From NCBI GenBank assembly GCA_030141605.1, contig JAQGDQ010000003.1:1178001-1242000 (forward strand): a stretch of 64,000 nt of DNA, in the 5' to 3' direction. Numbering within the stretch: position 1 is the stretch's first letter; each line of letters starts with the position of its first letter. Under the pieces are notes generated by a model, which was given only the letters and a program-made list of their open reading frames with translations, had not been told where the DNA came from and ran no database searches. Of the stretch, positions 21,511 to 33,974 are shown piece after piece. The stretch comes from Tubiluchus corallicola (Eukaryota > Animalia > Priapulida). The translations under genes were made by a program, and so were the position numbers.

Positions 21511-24500
21511 CAACTAACCAACCAACCAACCAAACCAATAACTAGCTCGCTCACTCATTCACTCATTGGCCGACTGACTGACTGACTGACTGACTGACTA
21601 ATTTAACTAACTAACTAACTAATTACAAGAGCGGCTTAATCAAAAAGCATCATGAGTAAGCTTCTTATTTACTTCCTTCGCTTACTCACTCTTTTTATTT
21701 GTTAGTTGTACCTGTCATATATTTGACTACTTGACTTTCACTTTTTTGTTTCATTTTTCTCATCCGTTTTCTTTCTCCCACTTCCTTTTTCTTCTCTAGT
21801 TTTCTCTTTAGATTTTACAACAGATTATCTTTTGCCTTCTCGAAGTTACTTCTCGAAGAAATATTTAATCAAACAAAGATATAAATACCCGTTTCTGTCG
21901 ATAAGATTAATTTTTGCACGGGATGTTCCGTCTTGAGCGTAACAGCTTGTTGGCCAAATATCCCAATAATCTGAAAAAAAAAACATTTAAACCACTGTCA
22001 AGGTAATGACATGTTTATCGATGAATTTTCATTGACAGTACATGACAAGCACGGGTTACCGCCACGATTAACAAAGAATGGCAACTCGAAATCGTTAGTG
22101 TGAAAATAATTACGATACTTCAAGAATTTTTTTTATCTACATACCATTGATAAGATGATAAATAACCATAGTGCCGTATTCTCCAACTATAAGTCTCTCG
22201 GCCACTGCGTTTCTAGGATCCTTGCCAACCACAACCTTGAAGTTGAGTTCTGGAATTTTAACTCCTTGCACAATTTCAGAGGTAGGAAGTTTTCTTGGAT
22301 TTACCATACTACAAGAGAAAAGGTAGGGTTAGTTTTGAACTATGATTTGTTTTTTGTTCCCTTTTGGTATGTGTTATGACATTTTATGTCTCAGACTGCT
22401 GAAATATCCCTAAAAAACAGAATTTCTGAATTGACACTAAGACGAATTACGAGTTTCACCTTCTTTACAAAGTAATGCTTTTATAAAGAACAGCGTTTAC
22501 ATTGGACAAGCACAGTGGTGAATGCAACTACTGGCATATCTATAGTGATATGTGAACTGACAATATGTGGAACAGACTAACAATATTAACTGACATATCT
22601 GATGATGCACTTTTACCGACAATTTGTAAAACAGATGCTGTTCTGAGAATTTTGATTTTCAAGTTAAATTATACTCACGGTACTGTAACTGCCCAGTTCA
22701 GTATTTTTCTCATATTATCAGCATTGAAGGCGCATTGGACGGTATAAGCTCTGTCATTTTCCCACAATACTCCGAAAAAGCTATCAGTCATCACTACTAC
22801 TGTATTTGAAAATATCACAGATTTACCCTTAAAAACACAGAAAAATGCATGAAAATGAAAAAGTTATTTATACCTCAAAAAAAGTTATAATTGGTAACAT
22901 TATTCTGAATGAAGGAAACTAGTACATGCGTCTGGGCCAAACAGTTTGCAAATACAAAAAATGTGTGTAACTGACAACAACAATATTAGTAACTTAAATA
23001 TCTGTTAATAGCAATAATAATAAATGCCTATTATACATTTTGTAAAACGCGATCAGACTTTGATGAAAAGTTAGTCTCAGTCATTAAGACGTCAGTTTCT
23101 TACAAAAGGTTCTTGTCATGGAATATGCTTTTGGAAAAGCACTAACAATGTAACGAAAGATAGAGTGAGCCATTCACAACGACAAGACGCAACTCCTATG
23201 TTACTAATTCTGGAAATAAAAACTTATTAATATTATACCTCATTTCTTTCTTCAGTACCGCATCCGTCAAGAGGAATTACCAATTTCGCAAAGTCTACTT
23301 CTTCAAATGAACTCTTGCATTGAACGATCTTGAAAAATCCTTTTGAATAAATGTTTCCAGTGAAGCTAGAGGCAAAAGATACGCTGATGTGCATTGCTCT
23401 ACTGCTGAGATCACAGGATACTGTCACACCTACGAAAAAGAAATTAGCTTTACTTAGCGCACCTACATAATTCATAACATTGGCTTTTTAGCAACAACAA
23501 GTTCCTATCACCATTAAGTCAATGAGACAAGAAGTAGTGTGCAAAACAAAATCTTTTCAATTTTCAAATAATATTCGTTATGTCAGGAATTGTTCTGTAT
23601 CTCCAAGAAAGTTGAAATTAAACTTGTCCACTTCAGCAAGACGCAATGGCGAAAATTATTCGATATTGAACATCATTATTGAATTCACAACAAGCGCTTT
23701 TCTAAGATATTAAACGACATTCAAATAGATTCGACATCGCCTTATGTTACAATGCGAAATGCTTTACTTACCATTAACAAGATGATCTGAAAATCCTGGA
23801 TGTACTTCTACAACTGTAAGACCAGACTTGTCTTTTGATTCAAGCTCTCTCTGTTGGTAGATTCTGTGGACAATGTTAAGATCTGGTTGCGAAGTTGTCG
23901 TTTTGAAATAACCATAGTCAGGTCCTTGGGCTAATATACCTCTTCTTCTAGTTTTACCGTACAACTTTGTGTAAGGATTTAATCCAACAGTGTGATGAAG
24001 CCTATCTCCTACACGTGTTGAAAACCCTGTACGAATGTTTATTTTTCCAGAAACACTAGCGGACGCGCCACCAGACAAATCAACAGCAGTTTGGGGGTGT
24101 TTCACGTTAGGAGCAAAAGGATTATTTTTGCCAGGTGATTCTTGATCTAAGTTGTTTATAATATCTATTACTTCTTTGAAGCCGGCACTGCCTTCCATTT
24201 TTTGGCCCAGTTGGTCTCTAGCAGAAGTGTCTATTTGAGATTTTTGATCTGTAACTACGTCTGTTGATGCAAAGTGGTCTCTGGAGAATACATTGCCTTT
24301 TACGTTTACTTTCACAGTATTATCTTCAGTAGGTAACTTTCTGGGAGGATATGATTGCACACTTGCAAAGATATCTATTCCTACACCTTTTTCTTCTATG
24401 CCGCTAGCCACAGAATCACTTCGTGCAGTAGTACCGTGTATTTTCACACCCCGCGTGCCATAGATATTGGAATAATCCTGACTTTCAAGCACTTCACGTG

Positions 24501-27500
24501 CTCTGTTACCATATTCAACATAAGTTGGTGTTGATACGTGCAGTGGAGCAGTTGTTGTAAACACCTTTAATCCAATGTTTGGGTAAATTCCTTGATTTGG
24601 TATAAATGTAGAACTATGTGGAACAAAAATGTCATCTTTGTAGTTTGATTTACGTACCTGAGTTTCTGAATGTATATTGACATCTAAGCCTGGATAAAAA
24701 GCAGTATTTGGAATAGTTGCTGGCTGAATTGGCTTTGAAAGCTGCACATTTACTCCAATGTTTGGGTAGACTGCAGCATTTGGAACAACTGTTGCTGGCT
24801 GTTGACCCACATTCACGCCTATACTGGGATATACTGCTGTGCCTTGTAATATGCCTTTTTCAGTAAACTCATGAATAATGCTGTGTTTGTCTCCATCTCT
24901 TATTATCTCAGGTGTAGCAGAGTCTTTAACTTTAATTCCAGTACTTGGATACTCATGGGGATACACACTATCTTGGTTTACTTTAATGCCAGTGTTCGTA
25001 CTGCTGCTACGTGTTTCACCACTGCCAAGAATACTACCATCACTCCCTATTTGCACGCTAACACCAGTGTCGTAACGGCGTGTATCAAATTCATAACTAC
25101 CTTTAGTATCTGATAATGTGCCAATAAATTTTGTTTCTGGTCCTATAAAATCAAGTTCAGTTCTATGTTTAACATCGTCATCACCAATCGATTCTGGTTC
25201 TGCTGAACCCATAACTTTCACTCCAGTGCTGGGATATTGTCCAACATATGGATATACAGTTCCTAAATTATCATTCACCTTAATACCAATATTTGGATTG
25301 CTGCTAATCTTGCCAGTGTTATAAATTCCTTCACTCTCTTTATTATGGATGGAGTCGCCACCAGGTCCAGCATGTGGCAGGGTGACAGGTGTTCCAGCTT
25401 CAGGCTTTGCATATGGTTGCCCATAGGGCACACGTCCTGGTATTACTCCTGCATTGGCACCCACTCCAGTTCCAACTCCTGTATTATAGTTAACAGTTTC
25501 AAATCCATAACTTCCACCACTTCCAGCATCCAGAAACCTTCCACCAGTGTAATATGGTCTTAATGCAGGATGCACAGAATCATCACTCTGTGCAAATTGC
25601 CCACTTTCGTGCCCTCTTAGGTTGGTTTTTCCCATGTAAGTTGGTTTATAACCATGTGTGCCATAACCTCCAATGCCAACTCCTGTGCCTACACCACTGC
25701 TATGACTAATAGTGTTAAATCCATAAAATCCTCTGCTTCCTCCAAATGGAAATCCGCCCTTTCGTCCATCATAATAGTCTGTTGGCCTATAATAATCACC
25801 TGCTATTCCAGGATTGTAGCCAACTTCTTTATCTAATGTATTAGGAACTCTTGGCCCAGAGATTGGTATTTTTCCAGTCCTTATATCTTTTCTATCATTT
25901 TGACTATCTGTAGGCACTTTAGAGTATACAGGATACTTATCATTGTAATACTGTTGATCATCTGGAAAAAAATCTACATTCTTATCAGGAATTCTTGGCC
26001 TAGCAACTGGTATTTTTTCTGTCTTGATGTTTCCCCTATCAGTTCGTTGGTGAGGAGGTACTTTGGGGTAGCTTGGGTTTTGATTATTTATATTTGGGTT
26101 ATATTCGTATACACCACCATCATTGGGTGGTGATTTTCTCTCTCCAGTATTTGTCAAAAGGTAATGATAACTGTAAGGTGGAAACTGATATGGATCTGGA
26201 AATACATCATGTGGATAGGAAAGTGGTACATATGGAACACCATCTCCTCCCCCTCCTCTTCTTCGTCCTCCTCCACCACGGTTACTTCTTGTTTTTTCAG
26301 AACCTCCTAAAGAGCTAGGTGTAGTAGAATTGCTTTCCTCTTGATTGGTGTTAAGTGAAGGCAGTGAGACAGGAAATAAGGTTGTATCAGTAACCAAGCT
26401 TGAAGGCTCAGTGGATTCAGGTATAATTGGGATTCTTAGTGTTATAGCTTCTGGGGTTGCAGAGGAGATTTCTGAGGTTGAGACATCAAATGTGAATGCT
26501 TCTGTAGTACCTCTGAAAGATGTTGGAGGCATTGAGGGCTGTGCAGATAAACTTGGGAATCCCGGGGTTATGACTCGTGGGGTTAGAGTGGGGCTTTCCG
26601 TTGTTGAGATATCAAATGTGGGTGCTTCTGTAGTACCACTAAAAGGTGTTTGAGGTAATAAGGGCTGTCCAGTTATACTGGGAACTTTTAGGGTTGAAAC
26701 TTCTGGGGTAAGAGTGGAGATTTCTGTGGTTGAGATGTCAAATCTGGATGTTTCTGTAGTACTTCCAAGGGTTGTCTGCGGTATTGAAGGCTGTGCAGGT
26801 AAACTTGGGATTCCTGGGGTTATAACTCGTGGGGTTAGAGTGGGGCTTTCCGTTGTTGAGATATCAAATGTGGGTGCTTCTGTAGTACCACTAAAAGGTG
26901 TTTGAGGTAATAAGGGCTGTTCAGTTATACTGGGAACTTTTAGGGTGGAAACATCAGGGGTAAGAGTGGGAATTTCTGTGGTTGAGATGTCAAATCTGAA
27001 TGTTTCTGTAGTACTTCCAAGGGTTGTCTGAGGTAGTGAAGGCTGTGCAGATAAACTTGGGATTCCTGGGGTTATGACTCGTGGGGTTAGAGTGGGGTTT
27101 TCTGTTGGTGAGATATCAAATGTGGATGCTTCTGTAGTACCACTAAAAAGTGTTCGAGGTAATAAGGGCTGTCCAGTTATACTGGGAACTTTTAGGGTTG
27201 AAACTTCTGGGGTAAGAGTCAGGATTTCTGTGGTTGAGGCACCAAATGCGAATGTTTCTGTCGTACCTCTGAAAGATGTTGGAGGTATTGAGGGCTGTGC
27301 AGATAAACTTGGGAATCCCGGGGTTATGACTCGTGGGGTTAGAGTGGGGCTTTCCGTTGTTGAGATACCAAATGTGGGTGCTTCTGTAGTACCACTAAAA
27401 GGTGTTTGAGGTAATAAGGGCTGTCCAGTTACACTGGGAACTTTTAGGGTTGAAACCTCTGGGGTAAGAGTCAGGATTTCTGTGGTTGAGGCATCAAATG

Positions 27501-30500
27501 CGAATGTTTCTGTCGTATCTCTGAAAGATGTTGGAGGTATTGAGGGCTGTGCAGATAAACTTGGGAATCCCGGGGTTATGACTCGTGGGGTTAGAGTGGG
27601 GCTTTCCGTTGTTGAGATATCAAATGTGGGTGCTTCTGTAGTACCACTAAAAGGTGTTTGAGGTAACAAGGGCTGTCCAGTTATAGTGGGAACTTTTAGG
27701 GTTGAAACTTCTGGGGTAACAGTCAGGATTTCTGTGGTTGAGGCATCAAATGCGAATGCTTCTGTCGTACCTCTGAAAGATGTTGGAGGTATCGAGGGCT
27801 GTGCAGATAAACTTGGGAATCCCGGGGTTATGACTCGTGGGGTTAGAGTGGGGCTTTCCGTTGTTGAGATACCAAATGTGGGTGCTTCTGTAGTACCACT
27901 AAAAGGTGTTTGAGGTAATAAGGGCTGTTCAGTTATACTGGGAACTTTTAGGGTGGAAACATCTGGGGTAAGAGTGGGAATTTCTGTGGTTGAGATGTCA
28001 AATCTGGATGCTTCTGTAGTACTTCCAAGGGTTGTCTGAGGTATTGGGGGCTCTATGGATACACTAGGCTCAGATGACTGTACAACTTGACTCACAGGTA
28101 CAGATGTTACAGATTTTGAAGCCATTGTTGCAGAAGGTGGACTGAATGGTAAAGTTCGTGTGTTGTCTAGGACTGTTGTATGTGTTACTGTAGGCTGAGT
28201 AACAGGAACACTCCTTGAAGACACAACTGGTGGTACTGCAGTTGTGGTTTCACTAGTAGACTCTGGTTCTTCACTAAACAATGGAGTGGTTATTGTCTGT
28301 GATGTGGGTATATGCAGAGTAGATGCCAAGGTAGCATCACTTCCAAAAATAGCAACAGAAGATGTAGCAAATTCACTAGTAAGTGAAGTTGGCTGTGCAG
28401 AAGAAGTATTTGTACTGCCAGTGTCTAATTCATCAGTTACAGAGACAGCAGTAGTAGAAGATGTCGATACTTCAGAATTTATAGTGCTACCAGTAGCCTC
28501 TGGTGACACTCTGGTAGCAGATAGTGTAGATGGTGTTGTAACAGAGGGAGTAGTAGTACTGCTGGAAGCTAATTCAGTTAATGAAACCAAAATAGTATTA
28601 ACTGTTGGTTCTTCAGAAGTTCGTGTTTCACTAGTAGATTCAGGTTGTTCACCAGACATTGTAGTTGCCATTGTAGGTCTTGCAGGTATGCTTGAAGTAG
28701 AAAGCAAAGTAACTTCACTGCCAAATACAGTTACAGTAGATTGCTGAGGAACTTGTGTGGAAGAAGAAATACTTCCAGTGCTAATCTCCAATCCAGGAGA
28801 TGCAGAGAAAATAGTAGTACTATCTGTTGGTGTTTCAAGAAGAAAAGTTTCTGCAGAAGTCATCTGTGATTCTGTGGTAGCTGGTACAGCTGTTGTGGAC
28901 ATTGTGGATGATGTAAATCCGCTGTCAAGTGTAGGTTCTGTGACTTCTGGTATACTTGACGTGGGAGACCGCATAGTCTCATTATCAGGTGTAGTTAGTG
29001 TAAATTGTGTAGTAGGTTCCATTGAAGGAGCAGCACTTGTGTTGCTACTAAAGGATTCTGTAGATGAAACAAAAGGAGTTCTGCTAACTGGAAATGAAAA
29101 GGATGTTTCCATTCTAGAACTTACAGTAGATTCCACTGGTTCTTCAGTGATCAGTGTAGTGACTGTCGGCATTGTTGATATAGAAGACAATGTTGTATCA
29201 TTGTCAATTGTCTGCATTGTAGTTTGTGATGTAGACGGACTTAATGAGGTAGAACCTGGCAACTCTGATGTCATCACTGTAGGCGCTTCCGAAGTATTTA
29301 AATTTGAAGTGATTGCTGTAGATAATGTTGGTATACTTGATGTAGAAGACCGCGTAGTCTCATTATCAGGTGTAGTTAGTGTAAATTGTGTAACAGATTC
29401 CACTGAAGGAACAGCCCTTGTGTTGCTACTAAAGGATTCTGTAGATGAAACAAAAGGAGTACTGCTAACAGGAAGTGAAAAGGATGTTTCCATTCCAGAA
29501 CTTACAGTAGATTCCACTGGTTCTTCAGTGATCAGTGTAGTGACTGTCGGCATTGTTGATATAGAAGACAATGTTGTATCATTGTCAATTGTCTGCATTG
29601 TAGTTTGTGATGTAGACGGACTTAATGAGGTAGAACCTGGCAACTCTGATGTCATCACTGTAGGCGCTTCCGAAGTATTTAAATTTGAAGTGATTGCTGT
29701 AGATAATGTTGGTATACTTGATGTAGAAGACCGCGTAGTCTCATTATCAGGTGTAGTTAGTGTAAATTGTGTAGTAGATTCCATTGAAGGAACAGCACTT
29801 GTGTTGCTACTAAAGAATTCTGTAGATGAAACAAAAGGAGTTCTGCTAACTGGAAATGAAAAGGATGTTTCCATTCCAGAACTTACAGTAGATTCCACTG
29901 GTTCTTCAGTGATCAGTGTAGTGACTGTCGGCGTTGTTGATATAGAAGACAATGTTGTATCATTGTCAATTGTCTGCATTGTAGTTTGTGATGTAGACGG
30001 ACTTAATGAGGTAGAACCTGGCAACTCTGATGTCATCACTGTAGGCGCTCCTGAAGTATTTAAATTTGAAGTGATTGCTGTAGATAATGTTGGTATACTT
30101 GATGTAGGAGACCGCATAGTCTCATTATCAGGTGTAGTTAGTGTAAATTGTGTAGTAGATTCCATTGAAGGAACAGCACTTGTGTTGCTACTAAAGAATT
30201 CTGTAGATGAAACAAAAGGAGTTCTGCTAACTGGAAATGAAAAGGATGTTTCCATTCCAGAACTTACAGTAGATTCCACTGGTTCTTCAGTGATCAGTGT
30301 AGTGACTGTCGGCGTTGTTGATATAGAAGACAATGTTGTATCATTGTCAATTGTCTGCATTGTAGTTTGTGATGTAGACGGACTTAATGACGTAGAACCT
30401 GGCAACTCTGATGTCATCACTGTAGCAGCCACTGTTGTTGCCATAACAGTTGTAATATTATTATCCTGCATGAGTTCCTGCGTAGTTGAGGAAATATTTT

Positions 30501-32681
30501 CTGTTGTGACTGTTGGGTTTGTAGTTTCTACTAATGATCCAGGCCCAGTAGTGTTGCTGTCTGTTTGGTTTAAATCTAATGAGGGCAATAGGCTTGCTAG
30601 TACGTCTTTTTCAGTAGTTGTAGATTTTGTTACAGCTACTTCTATACCCTTTGTCCCTAATGTCCGTGTTTCAATTTCTGGATTGTCTTCCACAAAAATT
30701 GTTGCCATTTTTATTCTTGAAGGAAAAGTTGCCCCAATTTGAAACAAAGGAGGCGTTGTAGGAAGTTTGTTAAATAATGTAGCCATTGTTTTGCTAGTAA
30801 CATCATTCATTACTCGACGAGTTGTATCACGTGGCATTGGCTCTGGAGTTGGCACTATCTCTGTAGTTGAGCTCGTATTCATAGAATCAGTACCAGATAA
30901 AGAAGCCGAATCAGTGATGCCATTATTTTGCACTTGATTTGGACCTATATTAGGAAGTACGTCTTCAATATCAGAGGTATTTTGTCTTAAGGAATCTGTT
31001 GTAACAATTTTGCTAACAGGCACAATAAGTCCCTTTGGGCCAAATGTCATTGTTTTAATATCTGAATTATCTTTGACAAAAATGTTTGTTTCTTTCAACC
31101 GCGTTGGCAGTGTTACACCAAACTGTGGTTGTGATGTAAAAAATGAACTAGGCTTGTTGAAGAGAGTAGCCAAGGTTTTTGGAGTCGCACCTTCTAGTGC
31201 TGACTCTGTGTTAGATAAAGAAGCAGAGTTAGTAGACCTATCATTTTTCTCCTGATTTGGATCAATGGAAGGCAGTATATTTTCCACGTTGGGTACATCA
31301 GTACTTGGATCAATTGGTACAATAAGCCCTTTTGGTTTGAAAGTTGTTGTTAGCACATTCGGGTTGTCCTTAACTGCAATGTTTGTCTTTTTTATTCTAG
31401 TTGGTTGAGAAGCACCGAACTGTGATCGCGCTGTGAAAAATGTGAACGGGTTTTCTACTTTGTTGAAAAGAGTCGCTTTTGACTTTTGCGTAGTCACCAC
31501 CGGTTTTGAAGTTACATCCTTTTCAGAATCATCTGTTTTAGACAAAGATGCAGAGTCAATAAGTCCATCATTTTGTTGTTGATTAGAGTCAACTGTAGGT
31601 AATAAATTTTCAACGCCCGGGATAGTTTGTACAGTTACAGCAGATGCTCTACTTTCACTTACTGCAATAATTACTCCGTTTGGACTGAATGTACTTGTCT
31701 TCACATCTGGGTTGTCTTTTACTGTAATGTCTGCCACCTTCAAGCGCGAAGATGGTGTTATACCACCAAACTGAGATCTTACTGTAAAAGCTGTAAACGG
31801 GTTAACTACCCTATTAAAAAGTGTAGCTTTAGTTTGCTGTGTTTCAGGATTGATAGTCGGTTGACTAAAAAACTGTTCTTCCGGCTGACCGACCAAATCC
31901 ATTGCACTAGAATCTATGGCTCTTTCTTTTTGATTACGATTACCGGAAGATGATAAGCGTTGCGTCATCTGTCTTCGATCGCCTGCAAGCTCATTTGGCA
32001 CTGGAATAATAAGACCATTGGGCTTAAACGTTGTCGTGCGTACATCTGCATTGTCTTTCACTACTACATTGACGTTCTTTTCCTGACTTAAATCATTATC
32101 AATGCGGCCAGACCGAACGGTGAAGAACTGGAAAGGATTTTCGGGAACGGAATTGAATAAAGCCGGTTTCTTTCCCGTTACTACTGTGTCATCCAGCTGG
32201 GAGTACACTGGCACCTAGACAAAAATTTAACGTTCACAAAAATTTTACGTCTAAACTTAGGAAAATAGAGGAAACTAAAAATGGTGTCTCTCCATAATTA
32301 TCAGAATGAATTTACAATTTTTAATTTTATTTTTTGCGCACATTTTCCGGATAGATTTGTAAAAATTGAAGTCAGACCTGGAAGATGCTTTTGGATACAA
32401 TAACTTCTTAACGGCTACTCTTAGTTGGAATCAAAATCGTTTTTAGTACACATGTCCTTAATTATATCCCTTTTTATAATGTGCTGTTGTGAGCTCAAAG
32501 TAGATCATAGAACAAATAAATAGACAAGAAAAATGTGTGCGTACATGGATTCCGTACAAACTGACTGCAGTTTTTCATAGTTCACAGAATATGGTTAAGT
32601 AGAATAAAAAGTTTCTACGCTAAAACGTAATTGACCAACCTTTAGTTGCCAACACAAAAAGACAACCAGGAATTTTCTCAT
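18873..32681 (-). CDS. Giant mucin-like ZP-domain transmembrane protein (~3244 aa; cuticlin/Papillote/Dumpy-like architecture)
   Basis: Coding exons (minus strand) 32681-32640, 32214-23772, 23429-23239, 22827-22679, 22308-22145, 21970-21889, 21104-20942, 19712-19556 and 19216-18873. All introns are GT-AG with matching phases; the total is 9735 nt. Signal peptide [14 protein letters not shown]|VPVYS. ZP-N has 4 Cys (VSCD, VQCK, DGCG, VQCA). ZP-C has 6 Cys ([43 protein letters not shown]). These are followed by furin site RQRR, a hydrophobic patch, a TM helix and a cytoplasmic tail. Confidence 0.9.
20025..20440. mobile_element. Possible Helentron/HINE-like insertion in an intron of the ZP gene
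   Basis: GC-richer island starting aaactagtttcgatcg with gaccttg...gtgacctagccacgcccact motifs typical of such elements. Boundaries approximate. Confidence 0.3.
21238..21622. repeat. Compound tetranucleotide microsatellite (AACT)n-(AGCT)n-(AACT)n-(AACC)n-(GACT)n, intronic
   Basis: Directly visible. Confidence 0.95.
23772..32214 (-). CDS. 8443-nt giant coding exon of the ZP-domain gene
   Basis: Open frame of 2814 codons plus 1 nt. Bounded by acceptor ...tttttgtctag|GTG at 32214 and donor AATG|gtaagt at 23772, which is phase-compatible with the ZP-N exon at 23429. Confidence 0.9.
26428..28046 (-). repeat. Coding tandem array of 252-bp (84-aa) units, ~6.4 copies; each unit is a dimer of 126-bp (42-aa) subunits; Pro/Thr/Ser-rich
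   Basis: Anchor ggttagagtgggg recurs at 26581, 26833, 27085, 27337, 27589 and 27841 (252-bp spacing). Confidence 0.95.
28949..30425 (-). repeat. Coding tandem array of 381-bp (127-aa) units, ~3.9 near-identical copies; Ser/Thr-rich mucin
   Basis: Anchor ggcaactctgatgtcatcactgtag recurs at 29258, 29639, 30020 and 30401 (381-bp spacing). Confidence 0.95.
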
Positions 32682-33974
32682 CCTGCAAAAGAAAAATTGT
32701 TTTGCAATAACGCCGGAAACGACCCGGTGTGTTATTATGTGTCACTTTATACGTGTATTGCTATTCTACTACAAGCCTGTTAATTAAGAAAGTATTGTTG
32801 AACAGCTTCGTTGCATAACTGTGGTATGACATGCAACCCTGCGGCCAAATAACTAATTGTTCTTACAATCGTTATTTAAACTCATATAAACATTGCGCTC
32901 GCATACTATATTGCTTACTTGGCCAACGAACTTTTTGTGTTTTATATTACAGACACCGCACTATTGAAAGAAGTACCTAGTACTTTCAGGGCCTAATATA
33001 ATTACAAAAACCAACGACTACTACCAACCAACTACTAACCAACCTACCGAGAAATTTCTTAAATAAATTACCCTTTAAAACATATACTTGGTTATTAAAC
33101 AAGAAAAAACTACTCATCCACGGCAAACAGAAGAACTAAAAAATAAAAATATGTCTGGCTCACTGTAAAAATACACATATGTCGTCTATAACTGTGAATG
33201 TTTTGTACGTATGCGTACTATACATATGTCGTCAATGTGAAGTTATACTGCGCAATTGGATTTTATTTTTATGCTATGTATTGTAAATTTAACTCATTTA
33301 TCTACTTGTTTTAAAGTAATGTATTTAAGTTTTCCCTGTATACATTATGTAAAATGTGAAACAAAATATTTAGTTTATATTATATGTTATATAATAATAA
33401 TAATAACATATTATAACATGTAATATAACATATTATTTATGTGTTATGCAAGACATCTTGAACAAATACAAGCACATAGGAACTACTGCACGACTTTTTG
33501 CAGTGACGGTTTTCCTTCTTAAGTCACGTTATCTATAAAAAGTGATAACACTTATCTAATGATGGATTAGAAAAGGATATTTCGAATCACCCAGATGGAA
33601 TAAACATGTAAACGATTTTTCTACAAAATTCGGCCGAAAAAAGAAATAGTGAGATTATCGAAACTAAGTTTAGATTTGAGACAGGATGTAAGAGTTACTT
33701 AACTTAATGGCATACTATTAGCCTCACACTGTTTGCAAATTTAAAATGTCCGTGATTTAAACGGTTCATGATTTAAACGAAAACGTCTTCCCAACATTCT
33801 ACATTTCTTTTGAAAATTAAAAACAGTGCCTTGATTAAAAAAAGCAAAGGAGTTGATTCCGAAACCAAAGGTTAGTCAAGTTAGTTAACTTAGATAGACC
33901 CTTGCATAAGTATGACAGAAAACAAAAGAAAGATCATGTCGCCCGAACATGATCTGCCGAATATTGTGGTAATT

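Noticed and set aside
26428-30425. Regularly spaced repeats as a possible CRISPR array
   Set aside because: The units are contiguous, in-frame coding repeats without unique spacers, in a eukaryotic gene with no cas genes.
28757-30742. 661-aa Val-rich ORF on the + strand (and other + ORFs across 24871-31953)
   Set aside because: Antisense shadow of the Thr/Ser-rich coding repeats: ACN codons read as NGT/GT-rich triplets on the other strand and stops are depleted. No independent gene signals.
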